From assembly GCF_009914755.1 (NCBI RefSeq), contig NC_060930.1: a stretch of DNA of 64,000 nt; one strand, written 5' to 3'. The DNA comes from the human T2T-CHM13v2.0 reference genome, Homo sapiens. Below are positions 18,354 through 32,034 of the stretch, piece by piece. A program made the translations under genes and the position numbers. The first letter of the stretch is position 1. The number at the start of each line of letters is the position of its first letter. Below the pieces are notes generated by a model. The model worked only from the letters and a program-made list of their open reading frames with translations. It was not told the DNA's origin and ran no database searches.

Positions 18354-20931
18354 TGAGGTCTTAGATTTAACTCTTTAGTCTATTTTGGTTTGATTATTGT
18401 ATATGGCACACTGGGGTCTAGTTTCATTCTTCTGCATATGGATACCCAGTTTTCCTAATGCCATTTATTGAAGAGACTGTCCATTCCCCCATTGTATGGT
18501 CTTGGCATCTTTGTTAAAAATAAGTTTATTGTAGATATACAGATTTGTTTCTGGATTCTCTATTCTGTTACATTGGTCTATGTGTCTGTTTTTATAACAG
18601 TATCATGCTGTTTTGATTACTATATTTTGTAGTGTATTTTGAAGTCAGGTAATGTGATTCCTCAATTTTTTTTCCCTCAGGATAGCTTTGGCTATTCTGG
18701 GTCTTATCTGGTTCCATAAACATTAGGATTGTGTTTTCCATTTTTGTGAAGAACATTGTTGGTATTTTGATAGGGCTCACATTGAATTTATAGATTGCTT
18801 TGGGTATATGAACATTTTAACAACATTAATTCTTTCAATTCATAAACATATAATATTTTTCCATTTTTTGTGTCCTGCTCAATTTATTTCATCAGTGTTT
18901 TATAATTTTCATTGGACAGATTTTTCACTTCTTCGGTTAAGTTAATGCCTAGGTATTTAATTTCATTTGTGACTACTATAAATGGGATTACTTTTTGATT
19001 TCTTTTTCAGATTATTTACTGTTGGCGTATATAAATGGTACTAATTTTTTAAATATTGATTTTGTATCCTGCAACTTTACTGAATTTCTTTATCAGTTCT
19101 AATAGTTTTTTTGATGAAGTCTTTAGATTTTTTTCAAATATAGGATTGCATCATCTGCAAACAAGGATAATTTGACTTCTTCCTTTTCAATTTGGATGCC
19201 TTTTATATCTTTCTCTTGTCTGATTGCTCTAGTTAGGACTTTCAGTACTATGTTAAATAACAGTGGTGCAAGTGGGCATCCGTGTTGTGTTCTAGATCTT
19301 AGGGGAAAAGCTTTCAGTTTTTCCCCATCAGTATGATACTAGATGTGTGTCAGTTGCATATCGTTTTTATTATGTAGATGTATCGTCCTTCTATACTCAG
19401 TTTTTGAGATTTTTTTATTATGAAGTGATGTTGAATTTCATCAAATGCTTTTTCAGCATCAAGTGAAGTGTTCCCTCCTCCTCTATTTTTTGTAATAGTT
19501 TGAGTAGGATGGGTATTAGTTATTTAAATGTTTGGTAAAATTCAGCAGCAAAGCCATCAGCTCCCAGGCTTTAGTTTTCCGGGAAACATTTTATTACAGT
19601 TTTGACCTTCTTACTTGTTATTGGCCTGTTCAGGTTTGGGATTTCTTCCTGGTTCAATCTTGGTGGGTTGTATGTGTCTAGGAATTTATTTATTTCTTCT
19701 AGGTTGTCCAATTATTGGCATATAGTTGCTTATAGTACCTTCTAATGATCCTTTCTAATCTCTGATTTTATTTGAGCCTTATCTGCTTTTTTTTAGTATG
19801 TCTAAAGGTTTGTCTATCTTTTCAAAGAACTAACTTTTTATTTTATTGATCCTTTGTATTGTTTCCTTTGTTTTAATTTCATTTATTTCTGCTCTGATCT
19901 TCATTATTTATTTTCTTCTACTAATTTGCGGTTTGATTTGCTCTTGTTTTCTAGTTCTTTAAGATGCATACTTAGGTTGTTTATTTGAAATGTTCTTTTT
20001 TTTTTAATGTAGACACTTACAGCGCTAAAATTTCCTCTTAATACTGCTTTTGTTGTATCCCATAGGTTTTGGTATGTTGTGTTTCCACTATCATTTGTTT
20101 CGAGAAATTTTTCAATTTTCTTCTTAATTTCTTTATTGACCCACCGGTCATTCAGGAGCATACTGTTTAGTTTCCATTTTATATAGTTTTCAAAATTCCT
20201 CTTGAGTTCTAGTTTTATTTCATTATGGTCAAAGAAGATACTTTTTACAATTACAATTTTTTGAATTATTTAAGATTTGTTTTGTGGTCTAATATATGGC
20301 CTATCCTTGAGAATTATCCATATGCTGAGAAGAATATGTATTCTGGAGCCATTGGATAAAATGTTCTGTAAATATCTATTATGTCTATTTGATCTATAGT
20401 GCAGATTAAGTTTGATGTTTCTGTGTTGATTTTCTGTATGGATGATCTGTCCAATGCTGAAAGTACAGGGTTGAAGTCTCTAGTTATTATTGTACTGGAA
20501 TCAATCTCTCTCTTTAGCTCTAATAACATTTGCTTTATATATCTGGGTGCTCCAGTGTTGGGTCCATATATATTTACAATTGTTATATCCTCTTGGTGAA
20601 TTGACCACTTTATTACTATATAATGATCCTTGTCTCTTTTTATAGTTTTTGTCTTGAAATCTATTTTGTCCAATATATCTATTTCTGTTCTTTTATGTCT
20701 TCCATTTGCATGGAATATAGTTTTTCATTCCTTTATTTTTAGTCTGTGTGTGTCTTTATGGGTGAAGTGTATTTCTTATAGGCAATAGATCATTGGGTCT
20801 TATTTATTTTAATCCTTTCAATCATTCCATATCTTTTGATTGGAGTGTTTAGTCGACTTAACATTCAGTGTTATTACTGACAACTAAAAACCTACTCCTG
20901 CCATTTTGTTATTTGTTTTCTGGTTGCTTTG

Positions 20932-21150
20932 TTCCCTTCCCTTCCCTTCCCTTCCCTTCCCTTCCCTTCCCTTCCCTCCCCTCCCCTCCCCTCCCTTCCC
21001 CTGCCCTCCCCTCCCCTTCCCTTCCCTTCCCTCCGCTTCCCTCCGCTTCCCTCCGCTTCCCTCCCCTCCCCTCACTTCCCCTCCTCTCCCCTTTGCTTCT
21101 TTCCTCTCTTCTCCTTTCCTCTCCTCTTCTTTTCTCCTTTCTTTCTTTAT

Positions 21151-21198
<48 letters not shown>

Positions 21199-21244
21199 TC
21201 CTTCCTTCCTTCTTTCTCCTTCCTTCCTTCCTTCCTTCTTTCCT
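20932..21244. repeat. About 310-nt polypyrimidine compound microsatellite: (CCCTT)n, (CCCTCCGCTT)3, (CTTT)n, (CCTT)n
   Basis: Direct reading; explains the spurious PFPSL and KERKKE ORFs. Confidence 0.95.
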
Positions 21245-21317
21245 GTCTACATTTTAGTGAAGGTGATTTTTCTCTGGTGGTATATTTTAATTTCTTGCTT
21301 TTTATTTTTTGTATCCG

Positions 21318-21646
<329 letters not shown>

Positions 21647-24600
21647 TGAGGTTACCATGAGGCTTCCAAATAATATCTTATAACCCATTATTTTAAACGG
21701 ATGAAAACTTAACACTGATTGCAAAAACAAATTAACTAACAAACAAGCAAAGAGAAAACTAATAAAAACTCTACGCTTCAATTTTGTCTGCTTTTTAACT
21801 TTGTTGAAAAAGTTTTTAACTTTTTTTAACAGAAGTTTAAAACCTTTTTGACTTTTTGTTGTTTCTATTTATATCTTACTGTATCATTTATGTTTTGGAA
21901 AGTTGTAGTTATTAATTTTGATTAGTTCATCTTTTAGTCTTTCTACCTAAGATGTGAGTCGTTTACACACCACCATTACAGTGCTACAATATTCTATGTT
22001 TTTCTGTGTACCTACTAGTACCAGTGAGCTTTGCACCTTCAGATCGTTTTTTATTGCTCATTAATTTTGTTTTCTCTCAGATTGAAGAACTCCCTTTAGC
22101 ATTTCTTGTAGGACATGTCTGGTGTTGATGAAATCTCTCAACTTATGTTTGTCTGAGAAAGTTTTTATTTTTTCTTCATGGGTGAAGGATATGTTCACTG
22201 AATATATTATTATTCCAGAGTAAAAGATTTTTTTTCGTCCTGCATTTTAAATATGTCATGACACTGTTTCCTGGCTTGTAATGTTTCCACTGAAAAGTCT
22301 GCTGCCAGACATACTGGAACTCCATTGTCTGTTCTTAGTTTTTTTTTTTTTCTCTTGCTGCTTCTAAGATTTTTTTTTTGTCCTTGACCTTGGGAATTTG
22401 ATTATTAAATGCCTCGAAGTAGTCTTCTTTGGGTTAAATCTGCTTGGTATTCTATAACTTTCTTGTACTTGAATGTTAATATCTTTCTCTTGGTTTGGGA
22501 AGTTCTCTGATATTATCCTGCGAAGAAACTTTCTACACATATCTCTTTCTCCATCTCCTCTTTAAGGCCAAAAACTCTTAGATTTGTCTTTTTGAGACTA
22601 TATTCTAGATCTTCTAGGCATGCTTCATTGTTTTTTATTTGTTTGTCTCCTCTGACCATGTGTTTTCAAATAATCCGTCTTCAAGCTAATAAATTCTTTC
22701 CTCTGCTTGATCAATTCTGCTATTAAGAGACTCTGATGCATTCTTTGGCATGTCAATTGTGTTTTTCAACTCGGATTTCTGCTTGATTCTTTTTAATTAT
22801 TTCAATCAGTTTGTTAAATTTGTCTGATAGGATTTTGAATTTCTACTCTATGTTACCCTGAATTTCAGTGAGTTTCTTCAAAACGGCTATTTGGAATTCT
22901 CTGTCCAAAAGGTCACATATTTCTGTCTCTCCAGGACTGGTTCCTGATGCCTTATTTAGTTCATTTGGTGAGGTTATGTTTTCCTGGATAGTCTTAACGC
23001 TTGTGGAATTTTGTTGGTGGCTGGATATTGAAGAGTTAGATATTATAGTCTTCAAGGTCTTGGCTTATTTGTCCCTGTCTTTCTTAGGAAGGCTTTCCAG
23101 GTATTCAAAGGGACTTGGGTGTTGTTATCTAAGTTTTTGGTCATTGCAGCCATGTCTGCATTAGAGGGCACCTCATGCCCAGTAACACTGTAGCTCCCGT
23201 ATAAGTACCACCTCATAGAGGTACCACCTTGGTCGTCTTGGATAAGATTTGGAAGAATTCTCTGATTACCGGTAAGAAACCCTTTTTATCTTCCCTTACT
23301 TTCTCCCAAACAAATAGAGTCTTTCTTTCTGTGCTGAGCTTCCTGGAGCTGTGGGAGAGGTGACACAAGCACTCCTGTGGCCACTACCACTGCAACTATG
23401 CTGGGTCAGACCTGAAGCTAGCACAGCAGTGTGGAACTCACACAAGACCCACTGTAACTACTACTTGGCTACTGCCTATGTTTGCTGGGCTCACAATTGG
23501 TATGTGACAAAACAAGTCAGGCTGTGTCCTTCCCTTCAGGGTGATGAGTTCCCCCAGGCCTGGGTGGATCCAGAGATGCCATCTAGGAGGCAGGACCTGG
23601 AGTCAGAAAACTTAGGGATTTACCTTGTTCTGTAGTCTACACCAGCTGCGCTGGCACTCAAGCCACAAGACAAAGTCTTTCCCACCCTACCCTCCCTTTC
23701 CACAAGCAGAGGCGTTTCTCCGCATAGACCACCACCACAGGCCTGCAGACAGTACTGCGACGCTACTGCCTATGTTCACTCAAGCCCTACAGCCCTTCAG
23801 TCAGCTTGTGGTGAATGCTGTCAGGCCTGAGACTTACCCTTTCAGGGCAGTGGGCTCTCTTCTCACCCAGGGAAGGTTGAGAAATTCTACCCAAGAACCA
23901 AGGCCTGGAATCGGTAACCCCACGAGCCTGCTTGGTACTCTAACCCACTGTGGCCAAGCTGGTACTTAGGCTGCAACACAATGTCCTCTTCACTTTTCTC
24001 TCTGCTTTTCTCAAAGAAAGTAGTCTCCCATCATAGCTACCACAGCTGGGAATGTGCTGGGTCACACCCGAAGCCAGCACATCTCAGTCTCCCCCAAGGC
24101 CCATGATGTGCGCTACCTTGCTAGCACTACTGATTATTCAGGGCCTAAGAGCTCTTTAGTCAGCAGATAATGAATCCTCCAGGACTGGGTCCTTCCCTTC
24201 AAGGCAATGGGTTCTCCAAGGGCTTTTAAATTCACTACATTTACTTCAAGAGGTCCTCACGTTCTTTGAATTAAAGGAAACTTTTCTTCCATACCCTAAT
24301 TTCCTTTTGACCCTGGGTAAAATCTATTTTGACTTAGCTAAATCTTATTTTCTACTGATGATGTAAAAGATATATAAAATGTGGGGTTAAATAGGAGGAG
24401 ACTGAGAGCTTAGTAATAGGGTTGAATTGATCCCACCAAGCATAAGGTGGCTAAAAGTAGCTGCTTGGAGGGATAGGAGAACAGCTGGATCCTGATGAAT
24501 GTCAGTCCAATGATGCTGGGCAGTATGTCTTTCTGTTAGTTCAGGTTCACCTGATGAGCTTGTTCTGGAAGTGGTCTGGTTTTGTCATATGTTGGGTGTT

Positions 24601-25055
24601 TCTGCAGGGCAGTATCTTGTTCCCTGTTTTTCAGTGACTGCATACCTAAAAATGAATATTGGCAAAAATGAATCTGCAGGCAAGATACATTTTAAGTGGC
24701 TGCACAACAAATGCTTTCTCCTCCCCTACAGTAATACACTTGTAAAAGAAATCATATTGGGAAAGAAAAAAGCTGTTGAAAAAAATCTGCTAAGCAGGTA
24801 CTTACTTTGAATACTGAGAATATGAAAAATGTTTTGACATGAGGCTACAGATTATGAAAGAGTGCTGATTCATATTGCTCTAGAATCACCAAATGCTTAT
24901 GCTATAAGAAACCTTAGAGATTTCCTAGTACAAACCCTGTATTTTGAACATGAATAAAGAAGACAGAATGATACCCAGCTCAAGGTCATAGCTAGTTAGA
25001 GGCAATCAAGACTCCTGGCTCTCATTCTGAAAATTTTATTGGGAAATTTCATATT

Positions 25056-25420
25056 GTATTAGCCTACTTGGGCTACCAAACAAAATTATTACAGACTAGG
25101 AGGCTTAAACCATAGAAATTTATTTTCTCACTGTTATGGAGCCTGGGGAGTTGAAGATCAAGTTTCCAGCAAATTTGGTGTCTGGTGAGAGCTCTCTTCC
25201 TGGCTTGCAGATGGGTACCACTTGCTGTGCCCTCACAGGTTCTCACATACTTGGTTTCTGCTCATAAAGAGTGTGAGCACTTTGGTGTCTCTTCTTAGAA
25301 GGCTTCTAATCTTATTGGATCAGGGCCCCACCCTTATGACATTATTTAACCTTAATTACCTCCTTTTAGGCCCAATCTCTAAATACAGCTACATTGGATT
25401 TTAAAACTTCAGCATATATA
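25056..25420 (-). mobile_element. MLT1A/B-like LTR
   Basis: tgtattagcc...ggcttaaaccatagaaatttattttctcac...gatcagggccccacccttatgac. Confidence 0.85.
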
Positions 25421-25431
25421 TTTTGTTTGGG

Positions 25432-27160
25432 TTATGATGGGAGTGGAACTTGTGGCTTTATAGAAAGAAGAGAGACTTGAGCTACCACACTCAACCTCTT
25501 CACCATGTGATACCCTGTGCTGCCTCAGGACTCTGCAGTGTCCCCACTAGCAACAAGGCTCTTACCAGACGATGCTTCTCAACCTTGAACTTCTCAGTAT
25601 CCATCATTATAAGAAATAAATTACATTTCTTTATTAATTACTCAGTTTTAGATATTTTGTTATAAGCAATAAAAAACAGACTACAACAGAAAATTGGCAC
25701 CAGGAGTGGGGTTGTTGCCAATAATGAATACCTGAAAATGTGGAAGTGGCTTTAGAACTGGGTAAGAGACTGGAAGAGTTTAGAGGAGCAGGCTAGAAAG
25801 ATCTGTGTCTTTATGAACAGAGCATTAAGAGTGATTCTGATGAGGGCTTAGAAGACAAGAAGATGGGGAAAATCTGATACTCCTTAGAGGTTGGTTTAGT
25901 GATTATGACCAGAATGGTAATAGAAACATAGATCGTAAAGGCCATTGTGTTAAAATTTACAGTGAAACTGAAGAAAAAAGTATAGGAAACTGGAGTAAAG
26001 GCTATCCTTTTTATAGATTGGCAAGGAATATGGTAGAACTGTGTTCATGCCCAAGGGCTTTGTGGAAAGTCCAACTTAAGAGTAATGATCTAGAATATCT
26101 GTCAGAATAAATTTCTAAGCAAAACGGAAGAAGCTGCATGGTTGCTTTTGGCTGCTAATCCCGAAATTCAGGAAAAAAGGAATGATTTAAAAACAAAATA
26201 CATAATTAAAAGGGAAGCAGAATGAAAATATTTGGAAAACCCTCACTTTGGCACATAAAGAGTGAAAAAGTATGTTCAGATGAAGAAACCAAGATTGTAG
26301 CTCAGCAACCATATGGTGAAGATATTAGCACAGATAGAAGGAAGCTGCATGCTACTCCTCAGGACAATGGAAGAAAGACCCCAAAGGTATTTCAGATATC
26401 TTTTAGGCTGTCCCCCCATCACAGCCCCAGAAGCCTAGGAGAGCAGAATATTCCCAGGGGACAGGCCCAGGACTATCTCTATGAGCTAGCTGCCCAGGGC
26501 CACTTCAGAACTCTACTCTCTGTCCCCAAGCACACTGCGCAGCTGCTCAACTATGGCTCAAGTAGCCCTAGGTACAGCTTGCACTGCAGCTCTGGTAAAT
26601 ATAAGTTGTAAACTTTGGTGGCGTCCACATGGTGCTAATTCTGCAGGCTTGTAGAAAGCAAGAGCTGTGGTGGCTTGACATCCTCCACCTAGATTCTACA
26701 GGATGTCATGGAAAGGCAGGAGTTAAGGCAGATACTTGTCACAGGGATAGAGGCACTGCAGAGATATCCCACTAGAATAATAATGAACAGAAATGTTGGG
26801 TTGGAGCTTCTGCAGAGTACTCACTAGGGCAATGCCCATTGGAGCCATGAGAGTGGGACTGCCACTGAGATTTCAGAACTATAGAGCTACCAGTGTGCAG
26901 TGCCAGTCTGGGACAGCTAGGTGTACTGAGCCCAGTCAAACCATAGGGGCAGGGCTGTCCTAGGTCTTGGGGGCCCAACTCCCCTCACTAGTGTGCAAAG
27001 GACACTGGACATATAGTTAAAGGAGATTCTTCTGAAGTCTTAAGATTTAACGTCTGCTCTCTTGGGTTTCAGACTTTCCTAAGGCCTCTTAACACTTTCT
27101 TTTGGCTTATTTCTTTTTGGAATGTAAATATTTGCCCTGTGCCTATGTACTACCATTGTA

Positions 27161-27201
<41 letters not shown>

Positions 27202-27971
27202 AGACGTGGCGCCATCTCGGTTCACTGCAAGCTCTGCCTCCCGGGTTCACGTCATTCTCCTGCCTCAGCCTCCCTAGTAGCTGGGACTACAGGCAACCAT
27301 CACCACACCTGGCTAATTTTTGTATTTTTAGTAGAGACGGGATTTCACCGTGTTAGCCAAGATGGTGTCCATCTCCTGACCTCGTGATCCACCCACCTCT
27401 GCCTCCCAAAGTGCTGGGATTACAGGCGTGAGCCACCGTGCCCGGCCTACTATTGTATCTTGAAATTAGATAACCTGCTTTGATTTCACATGTTCCCAGA
27501 TGAAATTCTAGACTTTGGACTTTTGTGTTGGTGTTGGAATGAATTAAGACTTTGGGGTGATGGGATTGGAATGAAGGTATTTGTGAAGGACATGAGTTTT
27601 GGGGACCGTGGTGGAATGTTATTGTTTGAACATCCCCTCTGAAACTATGTTGAAACTTAATCCCCAATGTGGTAGTATTGAGAAGTAGAGCATTAAGAGG
27701 TGATTAGATTAAGAGGGACTGCCCTCATGAGTAGATTAAGCCTGAGCTAGCATGTTAGCACATGAGCACACACAAATTACTCACCATGTGATGCCCTGTG
27801 CCAACTCTGGGACACTGAAGTGAGTCTCCACCGGTAAAGAGACTCTCACAAGATGCTCACCATAGACCTTGGACTTCCCAGACTCCATACTTTAAGAAAT
27901 AAGTTCCTTTTCTTTATAAATTACCCAGTTTCTGGTATTATTTTATAAGCAACAGAAAACAGAGTAATACA
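25432..27971 (+). mobile_element. MST-family MaLR provirus: partial 5' LTR (to 25688), internal region (25689-27616), 3' LTR (27617-27971)
   Basis: Two homologous LTR ends (aagaaataaa...ttataagcaa...aca); internal start gaaaattggcaccaggagtgggg; purine-rich ggggaccgtggtggaa before the 3' LTR TG. Confidence 0.88.
27165..27447 (-). mobile_element. AluY-like element inside MST-int, with an internal deletion
   Basis: gcaagctctgcctcccgggttcacg and caccgtgttagcc diagnostics; TSD tac(c/t)attgtatctt at 27151-27164 and 27448-27461. Confidence 0.93.
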
Positions 27972-28314
27972 GTCTTCATATTTGACCCTCCATTGTTACC
28001 ACATGGCTGCTACACCTCCAGGCTCAAGTCCATTTACTGGCTAAAAAAAGAAGAGACAAAAGGCTTAAGAAGCAGACCATCTGCCATCTGACTTTTTCAA
28101 AAATTTCCCAGAAGCTTCACTTGACAACTTCTGCTTAAATCTCATTGCCTGGAACTGGGTCACTTTGCTTCTCTAGCTACAAGGGCATCTGGGCAGGTAG
28201 GTGTTTTTGGCTATGCCCGGTCACTCCAAACAAAAGTGAGTATTTTTTATTAAAGAAGAACAGAGGAATAGATAATGTATAGAAAACTACTGGAGTCTGA
28301 AACATAGAACGTGT

Positions 28315-28525
28315 TGTAGGTAAATAATTAAGAGCCATAGGCTTTAGAGTCAGGCACATCTGAATTCAAATCCCAGCTCCGACAGTATCTGGGCAAGTTA
28401 CGTAAGTTCTCTAGTCCTCAGTTTCCTCTGTAAATGGAGAGAATTATGACAAATAAGGCGACGAAGTTGTGGTAAAGATGAAAGATGATAATTAAGACAT
28501 AAGGTCTCCATAAATGCTAGTGTTC
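28315..28525 (+). mobile_element. MIR
   Basis: taagagccataggctttagagtcagg...gggcaagttac...cctcagtttcctctgtaaatgg. Confidence 0.8.
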
Positions 28526-29269
28526 ACATTATACCACCGTTTTAGGATCACAAGGCATTTGTGTTTCTTATCCTCCCTGGACAAAGTCATACTTTAATTT
28601 CTTTTAACTTTAGTGAGACAGAATGTTCAGAATACCAAGACACAGAAGCTGATGAAACAGGTTTTATTCAGCATTATTTCCTATTAAAAATAATTATTCT
28701 CTCTGCTTCTAGCCCTTTGCCTAAAGAGAAGTCCTCTATGAGCCAGCCATCCTGTGCTCAAGCTGAAGTGCTTCCTTGTGTTGGAGAAGTGGTGACTAGG
28801 CCTGCAGCCTAGCCCTTGTAGGGAATTTACAACAAACAGAGAGGGGGTCCTGAGTCCTGTATATTTTTTCTTAAGGCAGAGGCTCATAGATCAATAAATC
28901 TACATCTCCCAAACTCAGTCTCATTGAGTCTTCAACTTAAAAAAAGAAAGAAAGAAAAAGAAAAAAAGAAGACAAATTTCTTCTTTAGTAAATTAGGGCT
29001 CTCACATCAGATTTCAGGATTTCTATCAAGAAATCTGTATGTATTACACATGGTCTTTTAATCTAAGTATGTAGATATCACAGAAAGTGGCACATAGCCT
29101 ATGGCCAACTTTACTTAAAGGCAGTCACTACAACATTAGTATTTCTTATTTCCTTTGGGAAGAAAAATTGTTATGTGGGCATTATGAGCGGTTCAATTCC
29201 CTTCTGGAAAAATTTCCCAAATACCCTGTAATAGCTGTGCTTGGCATGGCATTCAGTTTTCATCCCTAT

Positions 29270-29830
29270 GTATTTTTATTTCAAACTTATTTATATTAAC
29301 AAATTAATAAATGATTATTGTAGATAACTTAGAAACAAAAAATATTAAAAATATAAAAACACAATTACATATAATTCTATCGTCTAAATAAAACTATTGT
29401 TAACATTTTTATACTTGTTCTTTAAGCTTTATATATGTAAATGTATTGATATATATTTTTAAAAATTGGATTTATATTTTGCATTCTATTTTAAACCATG
29501 CTGACATTTAAAAATATGACATAAATATTTTCCCTGACATTGAGTACAATTTTATATCATCCTTGAAAATGTTTGCATGCATTATTTTTATAAATACATA
29601 CCAACCTCCTATTGTTGGACACAAATTGTTTTCTGTTTTTATTATTTCTAATATGTGCTGTGATAATTTTTGTGACTGAAACTTCGTGGAAAATGAAATT
29701 ATTTTCTGAGTCAAAGGATATGAACATAATTTAACATACTTCATAGTATTGATATTAATATTACAAATTTTTTACCAAAAAGATGAGAAAAATGTATTAC
29801 ACCATTAACATGAACTCTTGCCAACAGTGG
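29270..29830 (-). mobile_element. Ancient L1ME-type 3' fragment
   Basis: ccaacctcctattgttggacacaaattgttttc...ttctgagtcaaaggatatgaacat; very AT-rich. Confidence 0.55.
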
Positions 29831-31487
29831 ATATTATCATTAACAAGTATATATAGTTTTGTGTGAGCGTGTGTTTGTGTGTGTGTGTAATTTGGAGGTA
29901 ATTTTTCTGAACTTGTTGTTGCTATATACAACCTTCCTGTTTTTGATTATATACCAATACCACATAGGTAAGGATAGTGGACAGGTGAGATAGAATTGCT
30001 CCTGTGAACCTGTTTCTTGCACGTGGAAACCACAGTGGGAAATGCTGGGTTTTTTTCCAAGAATGATGATCTCCTTTTGTATTTTTATACCACTTAGATT
30101 TTGCCTTCTCTTAACTTCTTTCTCCATTTCATAAATAGCTAACTGAAGTTAGAGAATCAATGAAGTGGATCATTGTATGAAGCTCTAAAATGGATACAGT
30201 GAGGCATGAGTGTTTGTAACTTAAAGAAGACTCAATGACAGAGGCTGGATATAGATAAATGTAGACTTTCAATACATCTTTAAACCTAAACACTAAAAGC
30301 CCCAAAATAAAAAAGAGAAGGACTTTCTTTGTGCAAGTGTGGCAGAAAGTCATGGACACAAGGTGACCATGAGTGGACAGTGAAGCACTGCAGTAAAGAA
30401 ACAATCATGAGCTTGGGTTTTATAAATAGCAACATGGGCATAAAGCTAAAGCTACTGGGTCAGTGCTAAAGCCTTATGTCCACTTTCAGATTCTACAGCT
30501 GTAGAAAGACGTGGAGAATATTCCCTGCACTTTTCTTTGTTCTGGGAAATTTAAAGTTATTATCACATATAATTTAATAATCATGATGAGTTTTTTGGAT
30601 GTGCATTATGACCTCCATTTTACACAAAAGGGACCAAAACTTAGAAAAGAAAATACTTTAGGGTTATCCAGCTCTTTACTGAGGATGCAGGATTCAAACC
30701 AGGTTGATTTGCCTTTAAGTCTCATCCTCTCAATCATTTAGCTGTAAGGCACAATGGGAACACGATGCTGAGAACACAGTGAAGCAAGAGGACAAAGATT
30801 ACTTGGCCTCTATGCTATTACCTAAAGAAAACACCCAATTTGTAGTAAATCCCCTTCTTCTACTTGGGTGCTATACTTGTGCCTGCCAAAGCTGGAACAG
30901 AGGTGAGGCTGGAAAATTGCTTGTAAGATTCTTTTGTTCTCTTTGATTGCCCAGTGTGAGGCAGCTCCTTCACTGACCTTGAATATAAATTTCCTTATAT
31001 GCCACCACCTGGGAACACCGGGACAGGTGATGATTCACTCACCTCTGACTGACCAGACCCATCATGCTGACTGTGTTAGAGGACTCAGCAGATGTTTGGA
31101 TGGAGGCAGGAAACCCATAACATTTTCTAGGTATTAAGTGGCAGAGCAGAACCAAACAAATTAAAAGGCTGCCAGGAAAAGTGAAAGTAATAGGGGTTGT
31201 TTCTCTGCTGGGGAAGAGAAATCTGAATTATGACTTCCAGAAGGACAACCTCCCCTCTCCCCAAAGAATAATTTAAACCAGCTGATATCTGTCTGCACTG
31301 AGAATAAAGAGGAAACAAACAAATTTAGATTTTATCATAAGAAATTTAGGTAAAAAAGAATTTCCTGATAGTTATAGATGTTGAGTATTACAATAGTTTT
31401 CCAGAAGGTGCTGTGAAATCAATTTTATTCACAGAAATTCTTATTTTTGTTTTACCCTTTATTACTAATTTAAAAAAATTATTTTTA

Positions 31488-31993
31488 TTTTTGGATACAT
31501 AATAGTTTCCCATATTTATGGGGTACATGTGATATTTTGACACAGTCATACAATGTGCAATGCTCAAATCTGGGTACTTGGGATATTCGTCACTTCAACC
31601 ATTGATCATTTCTTTGTTAGGAAGATTCCAATTTTACTCTTCCAGTTATTTTAAAATATACAATAATTTTTGTTAACTATAGTCACCCTGTGGTGCTACT
31701 AAATAGTAGATATTCATTTTATCTAGCTGTATTTTTGTATTCATTAACCAACCCCTCTTTATCTTCTCTCCCCACTACCACTCCCAGCCTCTTCTGACCA
31801 TCCTTCTACTCTATCTCCATGAGATTTAACTTTTAGCTCCCACAAATGAGTGAGAATATGCAATACTTGTTTTTGTATGCCTGGCTTATTTCAGTTAACA
31901 TAATGTCCTCCATTTCAATCCATGTTGTTGCAAATGACAGGTTTCACTATTTATTGGCTGAATAATATTCCTGTATAAACACACACACGCGTG

Positions 31994-32034
<41 letters not shown>

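Noticed and set aside
26222-26611. 129-aa ORF in the MST internal region
   Set aside because: Decayed MaLR internal sequence with no recognisable intact domain.
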